Shown here: piece by piece, positions 19,605 through 29,441 of the stretch
How the letters are laid out: each line of letters starts with the position of its first letter
Numbering within the stretch: position 1 is the first letter of the stretch
Assembly: GCA_963677485.1 (NCBI GenBank)
Contig: OY781964.1
Coordinates: forward strand, 384,001-448,000
DNA from: Armatimonadota bacterium
Lineage (GTDB): Bacteria; Armatimonadota; HRBIN16
Direction of reading: 5' to 3'
Length of the DNA: 64,000 bases
Notes under the pieces: model-generated
Seen by the model: the letters and a program-made list of their open reading frames with translations, nothing else
Databases searched by the model: none
What the model was told of the DNA's origin: nothing
Made by a program: the position numbers and the translations under genes

Positions 19605-20900
19605 CTACTTCAGGAACAGCTCGATCACCGGTACGGTGACGTTGGGCTTCTGCACCGGCAGGCGCAGAGTCAGCACATTGGAGGCCACGTCGTTACCGCC
19701 TTGCCACTCTGGCCGCGCGGCCATCAGCACCTCTGAGCCGTCATTCAGCAACTGAGCATACTCGACCTTGCCTGCAAAGCCGTCAAGATGCAGCTCCACA
19801 AATGGCCATGCGAACACGTGCACATACATGCGGTTTGTGTCCGGGTTGTAGGTCAGCCGGCAATCCTGCGGTGTTTGGAAGCCTTCGGGAGCCTGGGTGC
19901 AGCCATAAATGGAGCGGTTGTGACGGCGCATCCACTGCCCCATCGCCTTGAGTCGGCTGAGAGCACGCTCGTCGAACTCGCCTCGGCCAGTCGGCCCCAC
20001 GTTCAGCAGCAGGTTCCCACCCTTACTCACTGTGTCGACCAGCATCTGAATAAGCTGCTCTTCGCTCTTCCAGCTCGATTCGTCGCGGTGGTAGCCCCAG
20101 CTTCCGCTGAAGGTCTGGCAGGCTTCCCATACCACTTTCTGACCATCGTAGGTCACCCACTCGCGGGGTTGGAACTGCTCCGGGGTCTTCATATCCCATC
20201 CGTAGGGCAGATCCAGACGGTCATCCAGCATGATGTTAGGTGCCAGTTCGCGGATCATCTTCAGCAGCTCATCGCTGCGCCAGTCATCGTGCCCTTTACC
20301 CTCGGGACCAGAGCCTGGGAAGCTGAAGTCAAACCACATTACGTCCACAGGACCATAGCCGGTCAGCAGCTCACGCACCTGGTTGTGCAGATAGGTGGCG
20401 TATTTCTGCTGGTCGCGGCTCTGGTTCATCTCAGCACGGTTAGGAGCATTGCGATACGGCCCAATATAGGGGTCGATCATATACTCAGGATGGTGCCAGT
20501 CGATCAAGGAATGATACAGACCCGTGCGTAGGCCATGACCTCGGAAAGCATCCACCATCGGACGCAACAGATCACGCTTGGCGGGGGTGTTGGTGGCCTT
20601 ATAATCGGTGTACTCGGAATCCCACAGACAGAACCCCTCGTGGTGCTTGGTGGTGATGACGAAGTATTTCATTCCCGCCTCTTCGGCAGCGGAGGCCCAG
20701 ATCTCGGGGTCATAAAGATCGGGATCAAAATGCTTGAAATAGGTGTCATACCGTGAGTCGGGTATCTCTTCGTTATGCTTCAGCCACTCGTGCCGCGCGC
20801 CCATGGCATACAGCCCCCAGTGGATGAACATGCCGAAACGGTCCTGGGTAAACCATTTGGTATCGCCGTGCATTTTTGTGTAATCTTGTCCGTCGCTCAT
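19605..20900 (-). CDS. GH29 alpha-L-fucosidase, no signal peptide (cytoplasmic)
   Basis: RFGMFIHWGLY, TTKHHEGFCLW, MWFD nucleophile, WEACQT, GGNLLLNVGP. Confidence 0.95.
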   Translation of the reverse strand: MSDGQDYTKMHGDTKWFTQDRFGMFIHWGLYAMGARHEWLKHNEEIPDSRYDTYFKHFDPDLYDPEIWASAAEEAGMKYFVITTKHHEGFCLWDSEYTDYKATNTPAKRDLLRPMVDAFRGHGLRTGLYHSLIDWHHPEYMIDPYIGPYRNAPNRAEMNQSRDQQKYATYLHNQVRELLTGYGPVDVMWFDFSFPGSGPEGKGHDDWRSDELLKMIRELAPNIMLDDRLDLPYGWDMKTPEQFQPREWVTYDGQKVVWEACQTFSGSWGYHRDESSWKSEEQLIQMLVDTVSKGGNLLLNVGPTGRGEFDERALSRLKAMGQWMRRHNRSIYGCTQAPEGFQTPQDCRLTYNPDTNRMYVHVFAWPFVELHLDGFAGKVEYAQLLNDGSEVLMAARPEWQGGNDVASNVLTLRLPVQKPNVTVPVIELFLK

Positions 20901-20969
20901 GTCGTCCTCCGAATGAGTAATATAGTTGTAGGTTCACCTATTCTAGTATGAATCCTGCATGATGGCAAC

Positions 20970-22730
20970 TCACTGAACGGGTGTCAGCTTGATGTGACGC
21001 AGGTTGACGGGTGACCAGTTTTGCGCCACGGCGTGAACCTGCAAGGCTGTCTTGCCCGTTGCTGTAATCTGCAGATTGCCCAACTCCAGCGCTTGGAACT
21101 TATCGTATCCACCGGTGTTTGGGATTCTGGCCGTCAGCTTGTCGTTGCCGATGCCCACCTCGATCTGTGTCTCGCCGGTGGTGGCGACCTCAGCCGTCAA
21201 TCGATACTTTCCGGGTTTGACCGCCTGGAAAGGCCACTGGAGCCAGTCGCTGCTTACGGTCCAAAATCCGATGCAGCTCTGGCCTGCCACATTCTCTACC
21301 TGAATCTGGTTCCCCACCAGTTCGGCGTTATCAGCCTGCAGCAATAGCGAGCCATCTGCGTTCTGCTGCTGAACTGGATTTTCGACGACAGGCTTTCCCG
21401 CAATGCGCAGCACGACCGTCGAGGAATACGGGTCAGTCGGCTTAGCGGGCAGACTCACCACCACACCGGATTCGGAAGATGCGGTCGCGAGCTTCATCCC
21501 GCCATGCAGCAGGCTGGCCCCCAACACGCGGTTTTTCAGTCCAGGAACCAGTAGCTTGCCATCTACAGGCCAGTCATACACATGCAGATACAGCGTGGTG
21601 TTACTTTTAGCCTTCTTAATGGTGCATCGACCCCATGGAAGGCTCTTAAACGGACTGGGCGAGGTGCCGTAGATCGCCTTCGAATTAACCTTCATCCACT
21701 CACCCACTTGCTGCAGCCGATCGGTGATGTCCTCAGGCACCTGCCCCAGCGAATCCGGCCCGATGTTCAACAAGAAGTTGCCACCCTTGCTCGCGATGTC
21801 AATCAAATTGCGCACGAGCATCTCGGAGCTTTTCCAGTTCTGGTCGTAGCTTTTGTATCCCCAGGTGTCGTTGATGGTCATGCAGGTTTCCCAGTCGCGG
21901 TTCTTAAATCCCGTGGCTGGCACAAACTGCTCGGGCGTTTCGGAGTCGCCTTGTATCCCACCGCCAAGCCGGTTGTTGATGATGATGCCTGGCTGGAGTT
22001 TCAACAACGGCAGGAACAGCTCCGCGCGCTCTTTAGTCATCTGCACGGGCACATCGAACCACAGGATCGATATCTTGCCGTAGTTGCTGAGTATCTCCTT
22101 GACCTGCGGCACGCATTTGGTTTTGAGGTAGAGGTCAATGTTCTTCTGCTCATCGGGTCCGAAATCCCAGGTGTTGCCCACACCGTTGGGTTCGTGCCAG
22201 TCAAACGCCTGCGAATAATAGAACCCCAACCTCAGCCCATGCTTTTTGCACGCTGCCGCCAGCTCCTTCAGCGGGTCGCGTTGGAAGGGTGTGGCGTCGT
22301 GGATGTTGAACGGGCTGGCTTTTGAGGGATACATCGCGAATCCCTCGTGGTGCTTGCTGGTGATCACGATGTACTTCATCCCCGCGTTCTTGGCCATCTT
22401 GACAATGGCCTCCGCGTCGAATTTGACCGGGTTGAACTTTTCGGCCAGCTTCGCATACTCCGCAGCAGGGATTTTAGCGGCGAACTGGATCCACTCACCC
22501 AGAGGGTGCGTATCCACCCTCTGGCCGTTCCAACTCCCGGCGGCCTGAGCGTATAGTCCCCAATGGATGAACATCCCGAACCGCGCTTCACGCCACCACT
22601 TCATGCGAACATCGCGCTGAGCCGGCGTCTCACCGTTGTATGACGGGGTGACCTGAGCCGACGTGATGCTCGCGGCCATCAATCCACAAACAATTACAGT
22701 CAAGATGCGACGAAGTGCAGAGCTTTTCAT
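20970..22730 (-). CDS. Secreted GH29 alpha-L-fucosidase with C-terminal beta-sandwich (CBM6/35-like)
   Basis: Signal peptide; FGMFIHWG, SKHHEGF, LWFD, WETCMT, GGNFLLNIGP; C-terminal IGFW...W.F...PGKY...TGGYDKF domain. Confidence 0.93.
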   Translation of the reverse strand: MKSSALRRILTVIVCGLMAASITSAQVTPSYNGETPAQRDVRMKWWREARFGMFIHWGLYAQAAGSWNGQRVDTHPLGEWIQFAAKIPAAEYAKLAEKFNPVKFDAEAIVKMAKNAGMKYIVITSKHHEGFAMYPSKASPFNIHDATPFQRDPLKELAAACKKHGLRLGFYYSQAFDWHEPNGVGNTWDFGPDEQKNIDLYLKTKCVPQVKEILSNYGKISILWFDVPVQMTKERAELFLPLLKLQPGIIINNRLGGGIQGDSETPEQFVPATGFKNRDWETCMTINDTWGYKSYDQNWKSSEMLVRNLIDIASKGGNFLLNIGPDSLGQVPEDITDRLQQVGEWMKVNSKAIYGTSPSPFKSLPWGRCTIKKAKSNTTLYLHVYDWPVDGKLLVPGLKNRVLGASLLHGGMKLATASSESGVVVSLPAKPTDPYSSTVVLRIAGKPVVENPVQQQNADGSLLLQADNAELVGNQIQVENVAGQSCIGFWTVSSDWLQWPFQAVKPGKYRLTAEVATTGETQIEVGIGNDKLTARIPNTGGYDKFQALELGNLQITATGKTALQVHAVAQNWSPVNLRHIKLTPVQ

Positions 22731-22747
22731 ATCAAACTCGTTTCTAG

Positions 22748-24442
22748 CTATTGAGCTAACTGGTAGTTAATTTCGTAGATGGTTGGGCCATCGGTCGCAT
22801 TCATGATGACCATCCTGGCTCTGTTGGTTTGCACAGCCGGGAAGGAGGCACTGAAGCTCGGACCAACCGTCCCACCACGATACACCGTCACCCATTTACC
22901 GTTCACTTGAACCTGTATAAGGAATGGCTCGATCCGATCGATGGCTTCGCCGATACTCACCCCGTTGATGGTCACTGGCTTGTAAAACTGCCGCTCAATC
23001 CAGGCGTGTTTGACTCCAGCATCGGTTGCCCAGCGGCTGCCGGATGAGCCGTCAAACGCCTTTTCCGCCTGGTAGTCCTCTTGATTTGAATACACATTGG
23101 ATGCCGTCGCCTTAATGCCAGAGGGCAGTCCCACCGGTATGATAGAAGCCGCATTTCCATCGAGTTTCAGCACAACCACCGTGTCGATCGCATCGTGGTC
23201 GGCAGGTTCTACCCACACGGATACACCCTTGGAGGCCTGCCTTACACGCACCTTGCCGCCGTTCAACAGCCGCGCTGAGCGTATCTTGCGTGAGATCGCG
23301 GGTAGGTTAATACTGCCATCCTGCCATTTGAAGACGTGCAGATACACGTTACTTCCCTGGTAGGTGCTGGCTCCCCAGGTGCCCGGTTTGTATGGCCCTC
23401 CGCGGGTGCCGTAGATGGTCTTGCCGTTTACCGCCAGCCAGTCACCCATCTGCTTTAACCGCTCCACCTGCCGCGGTTCAATCTCGCCGGTGGGCATCGG
23501 CCCAACATTAAACAGCAGGTTACCATCGCCGCCGGCGCAGCGGATAAGCGTCTGCAGGCACTGCTCTAGCGACTTCATCGTGTCATGCGGATTCCAGGCC
23601 CACTGGTTGCAGATCGTCATGCAACTCTCCCATGGACGCTGGTTCTGGAACACGCCGATGGTTTGCTCCGGGGTGTCGAAGTCCTCCGGCAGACGGTTGC
23701 GGTTATTGATGAGTATATTTGGCTGCAGCTCACGAGCCATTTTGTTCAGTGCCAGCGAGTCGTAGTCCTCCGCCGTTCCCATCAGACCGTCATACCACAG
23801 CACATCGATCACTCCGTAGTTCGTCAGCAGCTCGCGAACCTGCTGCTTAAGGTACTGCTGGTATTTCGCATGTCGGTCGGTGTAAGCGTCTGCATTGTGC
23901 CAATCTGGCTGGGAGTAATACACGCCAAACTTAAAACCCGCCCTGTGACACGCATCGGCCAGCTCTTTCACGATGTCGCGTCGGAAAGGGCTCTCAGGTG
24001 ATGTGATTTTGTAGTCACTCGCTTTGGTATCAAACATGCTGAAGCCATCATGGTGTCGGCTGGTGAGGATCATGTATTTCATCCCTGCAGCCTTGGCAAT
24101 CGCCACCCATTCATCCGCATTGAACTTCACGGGGTTAAACTTCTTGTATAGATTATCATACACATCCACAGGAATCTGCGTGCCGGTCGAACCAAGTCCT
24201 CTGCGCTCACCGCCCCGCGACCACCCGATCTCGGTGCCCATCAGGCTGACCGGACCCCAGTGCATGAACAACCCAAACCGGGCATCACGCCACCATTGGA
24301 TGCGCGCCTGATACTGCGCGGGCGTCTCGTTGATCGACTTAACCGGAACGTCGGCAGCGGGTGCCGCCTGAACAATAGTTACTAGTAACAGCATCACTGA
24401 TGCTGCATGTAATAGTGCCTTACGGGTGTCTGAAATCCTCAT
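22748..24442 (-). CDS. Secreted GH29 alpha-L-fucosidase with C-terminal F5/8 (CBM32) domain
   Basis: Signal peptide; FGLFMHWG, SRHHDGF, LWYD, WESCMT; ATASN...AFDG..GSRWA discoidin motif. Confidence 0.93.
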   Translation of the reverse strand: MRISDTRKALLHAASVMLLLVTIVQAAPAADVPVKSINETPAQYQARIQWWRDARFGLFMHWGPVSLMGTEIGWSRGGERRGLGSTGTQIPVDVYDNLYKKFNPVKFNADEWVAIAKAAGMKYMILTSRHHDGFSMFDTKASDYKITSPESPFRRDIVKELADACHRAGFKFGVYYSQPDWHNADAYTDRHAKYQQYLKQQVRELLTNYGVIDVLWYDGLMGTAEDYDSLALNKMARELQPNILINNRNRLPEDFDTPEQTIGVFQNQRPWESCMTICNQWAWNPHDTMKSLEQCLQTLIRCAGGDGNLLFNVGPMPTGEIEPRQVERLKQMGDWLAVNGKTIYGTRGGPYKPGTWGASTYQGSNVYLHVFKWQDGSINLPAISRKIRSARLLNGGKVRVRQASKGVSVWVEPADHDAIDTVVVLKLDGNAASIIPVGLPSGIKATASNVYSNQEDYQAEKAFDGSSGSRWATDAGVKHAWIERQFYKPVTINGVSIGEAIDRIEPFLIQVQVNGKWVTVYRGGTVGPSFSASFPAVQTNRARMVIMNATDGPTIYEINYQLAQ

Positions 24443-24633
24443 ATTGTTGGCCTCTGGTTGTGGTGTCTTGATCGCGCAGATCGTACGTCATTGTCACATA
24501 TGATACACGAAAACATGGGTTGGCACAATCGAGGATGGTGCTCTCATACGCAGTATTTGGAAGATGATTCGTAACTACCCAGCCATAGGCATGCATTGGT
24601 TCACGATCGGTAATGGTGATGTAGCTTCCGGCG

Positions 24634-24670
24634 CCCATAAAGTGGGTAAGATTCCTATAGCCACGAGTAA
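24634..24670. repeat. Degenerate partial copy of family B repeat
   Basis: CCCATAAAGTGGGTAAGATTCCTATAGCCA versus CCCACGAAGTGGGTAGGATTCTTTATAGCCA at 17893. Confidence 0.6.
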
Positions 24671-24756
24671 GCACCCGCCCATACTATAACGGAAGCGTCC
24701 TGCTGAGGCGACATATAGATGGGTGATGAGTCGTTCGCCTGTTTTTTAATGCAAGC

Positions 24757-24925
24757 GTTGCCTATGCCCGGGGCGGTCTGTGCGGTGGCTTTCGGGTGCA
24801 GAAGGCTCGAGACCGCGCCGGTCTGGCGGATAGCCCCCTGGTTTGGTTTCGAGAACAAGACCGGCGCGGTCTATAAACAGTGGCCTTCCCAGGCGTACTG
24901 ACAGACCGCCCCGGACATAGCCAAC
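24757..24925. repeat. Nested inverted-repeat element, family A copy 2
   Basis: Same outer and inner IRs; spacers are reverse-complement homologues of copy 1 spacers. Confidence 0.85.
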
Positions 24926-25057
24926 CAAGTACCAGCGCAACACACGGATAGATGACCATCTCAGAGGTATAATGCGAATGGACACTCGCCGAGTAGGATC
25001 CATTTGTCGCCATGGATAACTTTCCGTAAATAAACACAAGTCACTTAAGGGAACAGG

Positions 25058-26407
25058 ATGAAACGAACTATTCTGTATGTCTTCATCGGGCTTCTTCTAT
25101 TGAGCGTCGTTGCGTGGGTCATTCAGCCAAAACCGAGCACAGATGGCAAAATACCGCTGGTTTGGTGTACCGACGATAACCCCGTAAGGCGGGAGCAATA
25201 CAGCCTCTTTAACAAACAAAACAAAGAGCTGAGCCTCAGCCTCGACCCCAAAACCACCATCGACAAGATCATCGTGCAGGCCATCGCTGGCGTAGGTCCC
25301 GACCTGTTCGACTGCCACACGATTGCTGAGTTCCCCATGTGCGTAAAGTCGGGAATCGCCTGGGATGTGACGGATGAGTTTAAAAAGGCCGGCATCGATG
25401 TGATGAAAGACCAGTGGCCTGTGATGCGCCCCTACTTCCTATATAAAGGCCGGGTATACGGATGCGCCACCAACACGTCGTCTAACGCGATCTGGTTCAA
25501 TAAAGATATTTTTGACAAATACCATGAGCCATACCCTAAAGGTGACTGGACGTGGGATCAATTCATCCCCGTAGCACAGCGTCTGACCATACGTGACAAG
25601 CGCGGTCGTGCCACACAGTTTGGGTTCATCTTCGATATCCCGCTGGTCTGGCAGCAGTTCATCTGGCAGTGGGGTGGCCGCGTGTTCAATGACGATGGTA
25701 CCAAATGCATCATGGATAGCCCGGAAGCCATCGCGGGGATTCAATTCATCCACGACCTGATCTACAAATACCGCGTATCCCCTAACCCGGTGGAGGAACA
25801 GGCAGCCAGTCAAGGCGGATGGGGCTCGGGAAGCATCACCTTGTTCGGTGCGAACCGATCTGCCATGGCGAACGGCGGCAGATGGTGGCTGTGCAGCCTG
25901 CGCGGTTACGAAGGTCTGCGGCTGGGAGCGGTGCAAAGCCCTTATAGCAAACACAAAATTTTCTACGGGTATGGTAAATCAACTCTGGTCAACAAGAACA
26001 GCCCGCACCGGAAAGAGGCTTTAAAATACCTGATCTACCTGAACAGCCAGGGGTATAACGAGCTGATCAACAGCACGGCTGACGGCCTGGCCCCGGTGAA
26101 AAAGTTCAGTTACACGGACAAATACCTGCACGATCCCAAATACCCAAACGAGGACTACAACGCGGTTTGGCGTGACATCATGAACTTCGCGAAACCCGAT
26201 GAAACCAGCCCATTCGTGCAGTTGAACATCGTGCAGCGGATCGTCACCAAACAGCTTGACCTGGTGAAGACCAACCAAAAGAGCAGCGCGGATGCCATGC
26301 GCACCGCGGCCAAGCAGATCAACGAAGAGATACAAAAGAGCCTGGCGGAAGACCCCGCCCTGAAAGCCCGCTATGACAAGCTGATCGCTGCGAGGGGGAG
26401 CCGCTGA
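25058..26407 (+). CDS. Carbohydrate ABC transporter substrate-binding protein
   Basis: N-terminal membrane anchor; GPDLF, WFNKDIFDK, WTWDQF, QWGG motifs of family 1 SBPs. Confidence 0.92.
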   Translation: MKRTILYVFIGLLLLSVVAWVIQPKPSTDGKIPLVWCTDDNPVRREQYSLFNKQNKELSLSLDPKTTIDKIIVQAIAGVGPDLFDCHTIAEFPMCVKSGIAWDVTDEFKKAGIDVMKDQWPVMRPYFLYKGRVYGCATNTSSNAIWFNKDIFDKYHEPYPKGDWTWDQFIPVAQRLTIRDKRGRATQFGFIFDIPLVWQQFIWQWGGRVFNDDGTKCIMDSPEAIAGIQFIHDLIYKYRVSPNPVEEQAASQGGWGSGSITLFGANRSAMANGGRWWLCSLRGYEGLRLGAVQSPYSKHKIFYGYGKSTLVNKNSPHRKEALKYLIYLNSQGYNELINSTADGLAPVKKFSYTDKYLHDPKYPNEDYNAVWRDIMNFAKPDETSPFVQLNIVQRIVTKQLDLVKTNQKSSADAMRTAAKQINEEIQKSLAEDPALKARYDKLIAARGSR

Positions 26408-26408
26408 C

Positions 26409-27365
26409 ATGAAACTACGCAGAAAAGAGCTGTTCACATCTCTGGCTTTTCTGATGCCCAACTTCCTGGGCTTCTTGATCTTCACCGCGGGGCCGGTGGT
26501 TTTTTCGCTCATCGTCGCCTTCACCAACTGGAATCTGCAGCAGACTGTGCCGTTCCGGTTCAACGGCCTGACCAACTTTAACCATCTATTCCATGACCCG
26601 CAGTTTTGGGTCTATTTCGCCAACACCATCTACTTCCTTCTCGGCATCCCAATCTCCATCGCGGGCAGCCTGATACTGGCCATCCTGCTCAGTCAGAAGC
26701 TGAAGGGTATCACCGCCTACCGCACGATGTTCTACCTGCCCAGCTTCACCGCGGGCGTGGCGCTCATGATCCTGTGGAAGAACCTCTACAACCCCGACTT
26801 CGGCCCCATCAACGCCGCGTTAAGCACCATCGCCAACACCTTCAACCTGCATTTCACCCCACCGCAGTGGTTGATTTCTACTCACAACATTGTGGGGCTT
26901 GACATCGAGCAGGTGCGGCTGGTGATCACCCAGTGGGGTATCGGCGCCCGTGACGCCATCATGATCATGGGCATCTGGACAGCAGTCGGCGGCAGCAACA
27001 TGCTGCTCTACCTGGCGGCTTTGACCAACATCCCGGAGGAGCTGGTAGAGGCCGCGCAGCTTGACGGTGCGGGCAAGTGGGGCATCTTCCGCAACGTCAC
27101 CTGGCCGCAACTCGCTCCCACCACCTTCTTTATCGTGGTGATGAGCTTCATTGGCGGTCTTCAAGGCGGATTTGAGCAGGCGAAAGTGATGACCGCCGGT
27201 GGTCCTGCCGGCACCACCACCACGATCGCCTACTACATCTACACCAAGGCATTTGAGGAGTTCCAGATCGGGTATGCCTCGGCTGTCTCCTGGGTGCTAT
27301 TTGCCATCATCTTCGCCATCACACTGGTGAACTGGAGAATTGGAAACAGGGAGGTGAACTACTAA
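26409..27365 (+). CDS. Carbohydrate ABC transporter permease 1
   Basis: Multiple TM helices; EAAQLDGA (EAA loop), GYASA. Confidence 0.95.
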   Translation: MKLRRKELFTSLAFLMPNFLGFLIFTAGPVVFSLIVAFTNWNLQQTVPFRFNGLTNFNHLFHDPQFWVYFANTIYFLLGIPISIAGSLILAILLSQKLKGITAYRTMFYLPSFTAGVALMILWKNLYNPDFGPINAALSTIANTFNLHFTPPQWLISTHNIVGLDIEQVRLVITQWGIGARDAIMIMGIWTAVGGSNMLLYLAALTNIPEELVEAAQLDGAGKWGIFRNVTWPQLAPTTFFIVVMSFIGGLQGGFEQAKVMTAGGPAGTTTTIAYYIYTKAFEEFQIGYASAVSWVLFAIIFAITLVNWRIGNREVNY

Positions 27366-28210
27366 TGGGCAGCAAACAACCAAAAGGGCACTGGAGCGGG
27401 CAAGGCAAACGGGCCGTGGGCAGCCATACCGTGCTGATGCTGGTGGCCATCACCATGCTGGTGCCGTTCCTGTGGATGGTATTCTCAAGCTTTAAGGCAC
27501 TGCCTGAGGTGGAGAGCATCAACCCGTTCCCCAGCAAGTGGCATCCCGAAAACTACCTGTCGGTGTTCCAGCAGATCCCGTTTGGCCGGTATTACTTCAA
27601 CTCGGTGTTCGTGGCCGCATGGGTCACCTTCTTGACTTGTATGACCAGCAGCCTGGCGGCGTTCGCCTTCTCGCGGATGCAGTGGAAGGGTCGTGACACC
27701 ATCTTCAAGCTCTATCTGGGCACGATGATGATCCCGGGCGTGGTCACCATGATCCCCAACTACACCTTGATGGTCAAGCTGCACATGCTGGATTCCTACA
27801 TAGGACTGATTGTACCCGCGGCTTTCTCGGCGTTTGGGGTTTTCCTGCTGAGGCAGTTCATGATGACCATCCCGCCGGCTCTGGATGAGGCGGCCACTCT
27901 GGACGGTGCCAGCAAGTGGCAGATTTTCAAGGAGATCATACTACCCTTGTCGCAGGCAGGCCTTGTCACCCTGGCAATATTCACTTTCCTGGGCACATAC
28001 GGCAGCTTCTACTGGCCGCTGATTCTCATAAAAAGCCAGCACCTGCGCACGCTGCCCATCGGTATGCTCTACTTCGACACGGTGTATGGCCGCCAAACCA
28101 ACCTGATCATGGCCGCCAGCGTGATGAACATCGTTCCGCTGATCATCCTGTTCATCAGCAGCCAGAAGTATATCGTGAAAGGCATCCAAATGGGCGCCGT
28201 CAAGGGGTAA
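27365..28210 (+). CDS. Carbohydrate ABC transporter permease 2
   Basis: EAATLDGA, WPLI, GAVKG C-terminus; TAATG overlap with the upstream gene. Confidence 0.95.
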   Translation: MGSKQPKGHWSGQGKRAVGSHTVLMLVAITMLVPFLWMVFSSFKALPEVESINPFPSKWHPENYLSVFQQIPFGRYYFNSVFVAAWVTFLTCMTSSLAAFAFSRMQWKGRDTIFKLYLGTMMIPGVVTMIPNYTLMVKLHMLDSYIGLIVPAAFSAFGVFLLRQFMMTIPPALDEAATLDGASKWQIFKEIILPLSQAGLVTLAIFTFLGTYGSFYWPLILIKSQHLRTLPIGMLYFDTVYGRQTNLIMAASVMNIVPLIILFISSQKYIVKGIQMGAVKG

Positions 28211-28244
28211 ATTGGGGTTACCGGAGTTGTCGGCTTATCGGCTC

Positions 28245-28473
28245 GTAGGGGCGTCCCTTGTGGGCGCCCACTAGCATTCCGCAAAGTTGTGAAAATGTGT
28301 CATTATTAATATGCAACACCCCTCGCGCCTAACAGCTTCGGCTGACTGCGAAATTCGAGGGGTTCTTTTTTATATCTGCCATCCCCTTCCGTGCCATCCG
28401 TCCCAACCGCGTAATCCGTGGTTCAGACATGCACGGGCGACCATGAAGGGCGGCCACGGGGGGCCGCCCCTAC
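28245..28473. repeat. Inverted pair of GTAG-type REP sequences (family C)
   Basis: GTAGGGGCGTCCCTTGTGGGCGCCC (28245-28269) and GGGCGGCCACGGGGGGCCGCCCCTAC (28448-28473), with a partial unit at 28435. Confidence 0.75.
28317..28371 (+). terminator. Terminator of the ABC operon
   Basis: ACCCCTCG...CGAGGGGT stem enclosing CAGC-TTCG-GCTG, followed by TCTTTTTT. Confidence 0.6.
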
Positions 28474-29441
28474 GGTCTTACCTTCGCATCCAGCTCCAGC
28501 TCGAACAGCAGCTCCTCACGGCAGATGTCGGCCTGCACGAACAGGCAGTGGCCCAACGGCACCTGGTTGATTACGCAATACCGCCTGAACAGCTCCGCAT
28601 ACTCAGGCCTTTTGCAGTAGGCGATCGCCCGTGTGGTGTGACACCAATCCATGCCGCGGGATGTCAGGATCGCCTTGACTACCTGCATGGTCAGTTCAAT
28701 CTGCTTCTGTGGGTCGTCTTGATGTGCACTCAACCCGTGCGGGTCGATGCTGGCGGTACCGGAGATCATCAACTGACGCTCCGAGTCTGTTTCGATCTCG
28801 ACCGCCCGGCTGAAACTGCTGCGGTAGTGCAGTGCCGAGTTTTGCAACGGCGACTCCACCGCACGTATCCGCACAGAGTTCTCCTTCGGAACGACAGCCA
28901 GTATCCCCGCCACACACGCTCTGCCAAGGTGGTTGCCCAGACCAATCCCTGTGCTGGCGGGCACCAGTCCGTCCAGCACGCCATGATCAACAAAATATTC
29001 CGTGCGGATGGCGTTGAACTCGTCATACCACACCAGTAAGTCATCAAGATAGAACCAAGTGCGCACCACGTCGCGCCAACTCATCCCCGCTTGCTGTAGT
29101 GCCAGCTCCGCGTTCTCAAACAGTTGTTGGGTCTGCAACCCACGCGGTGCCGCCAGGTCGCCACACACACTCCATAACCAAGCCACACGGGCGGTTGGCG
29201 TTTCAACCCAGCATCCCTGTCGTCGGCCGTTCAACTTTATGGGATGCAGTTCGGCACCAGAATTAGTAAAACTCTGTGCACCGCCATCGCAGCCTGGAGC
29301 CGAACCATTTGGACGTAATGGCATCAGATTCGGATCCATAGATGACGGATGGTCAGAAAAACTAAGACCGCCCACCGACTGCTTTTCAACCAGATCGTCC
29401 GATCCTAAGCACGGTATCTTCATGTTCTCTTCCAGACTCAC
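28470..29441 (-). CDS. Rid/YjgF-fold protein of the FkbO/Hyg5 (chorismatase-like) or endoribonuclease L-PSP type
   Basis: VVRTWFYL, PASTGIG, SFSRA, ISGTASID, ADICREELLFELE; GTG start overlaps the upstream TGA. Confidence 0.75.
   Translation of the reverse strand: MSLEENMKIPCLGSDDLVEKQSVGGLSFSDHPSSMDPNLMPLRPNGSAPGCDGGAQSFTNSGAELHPIKLNGRRQGCWVETPTARVAWLWSVCGDLAAPRGLQTQQLFENAELALQQAGMSWRDVVRTWFYLDDLLVWYDEFNAIRTEYFVDHGVLDGLVPASTGIGLGNHLGRACVAGILAVVPKENSVRIRAVESPLQNSALHYRSSFSRAVEIETDSERQLMISGTASIDPHGLSAHQDDPQKQIELTMQVVKAILTSRGMDWCHTTRAIAYCKRPEYAELFRRYCVINQVPLGHCLFVQADICREELLFELELDAKVRP

Noticed and set aside
24420-25039. Short ORFs in the GH29/ABC divergent region
   Set aside because: They overlap repeat families A and B and promoter space, with no protein-like motifs.
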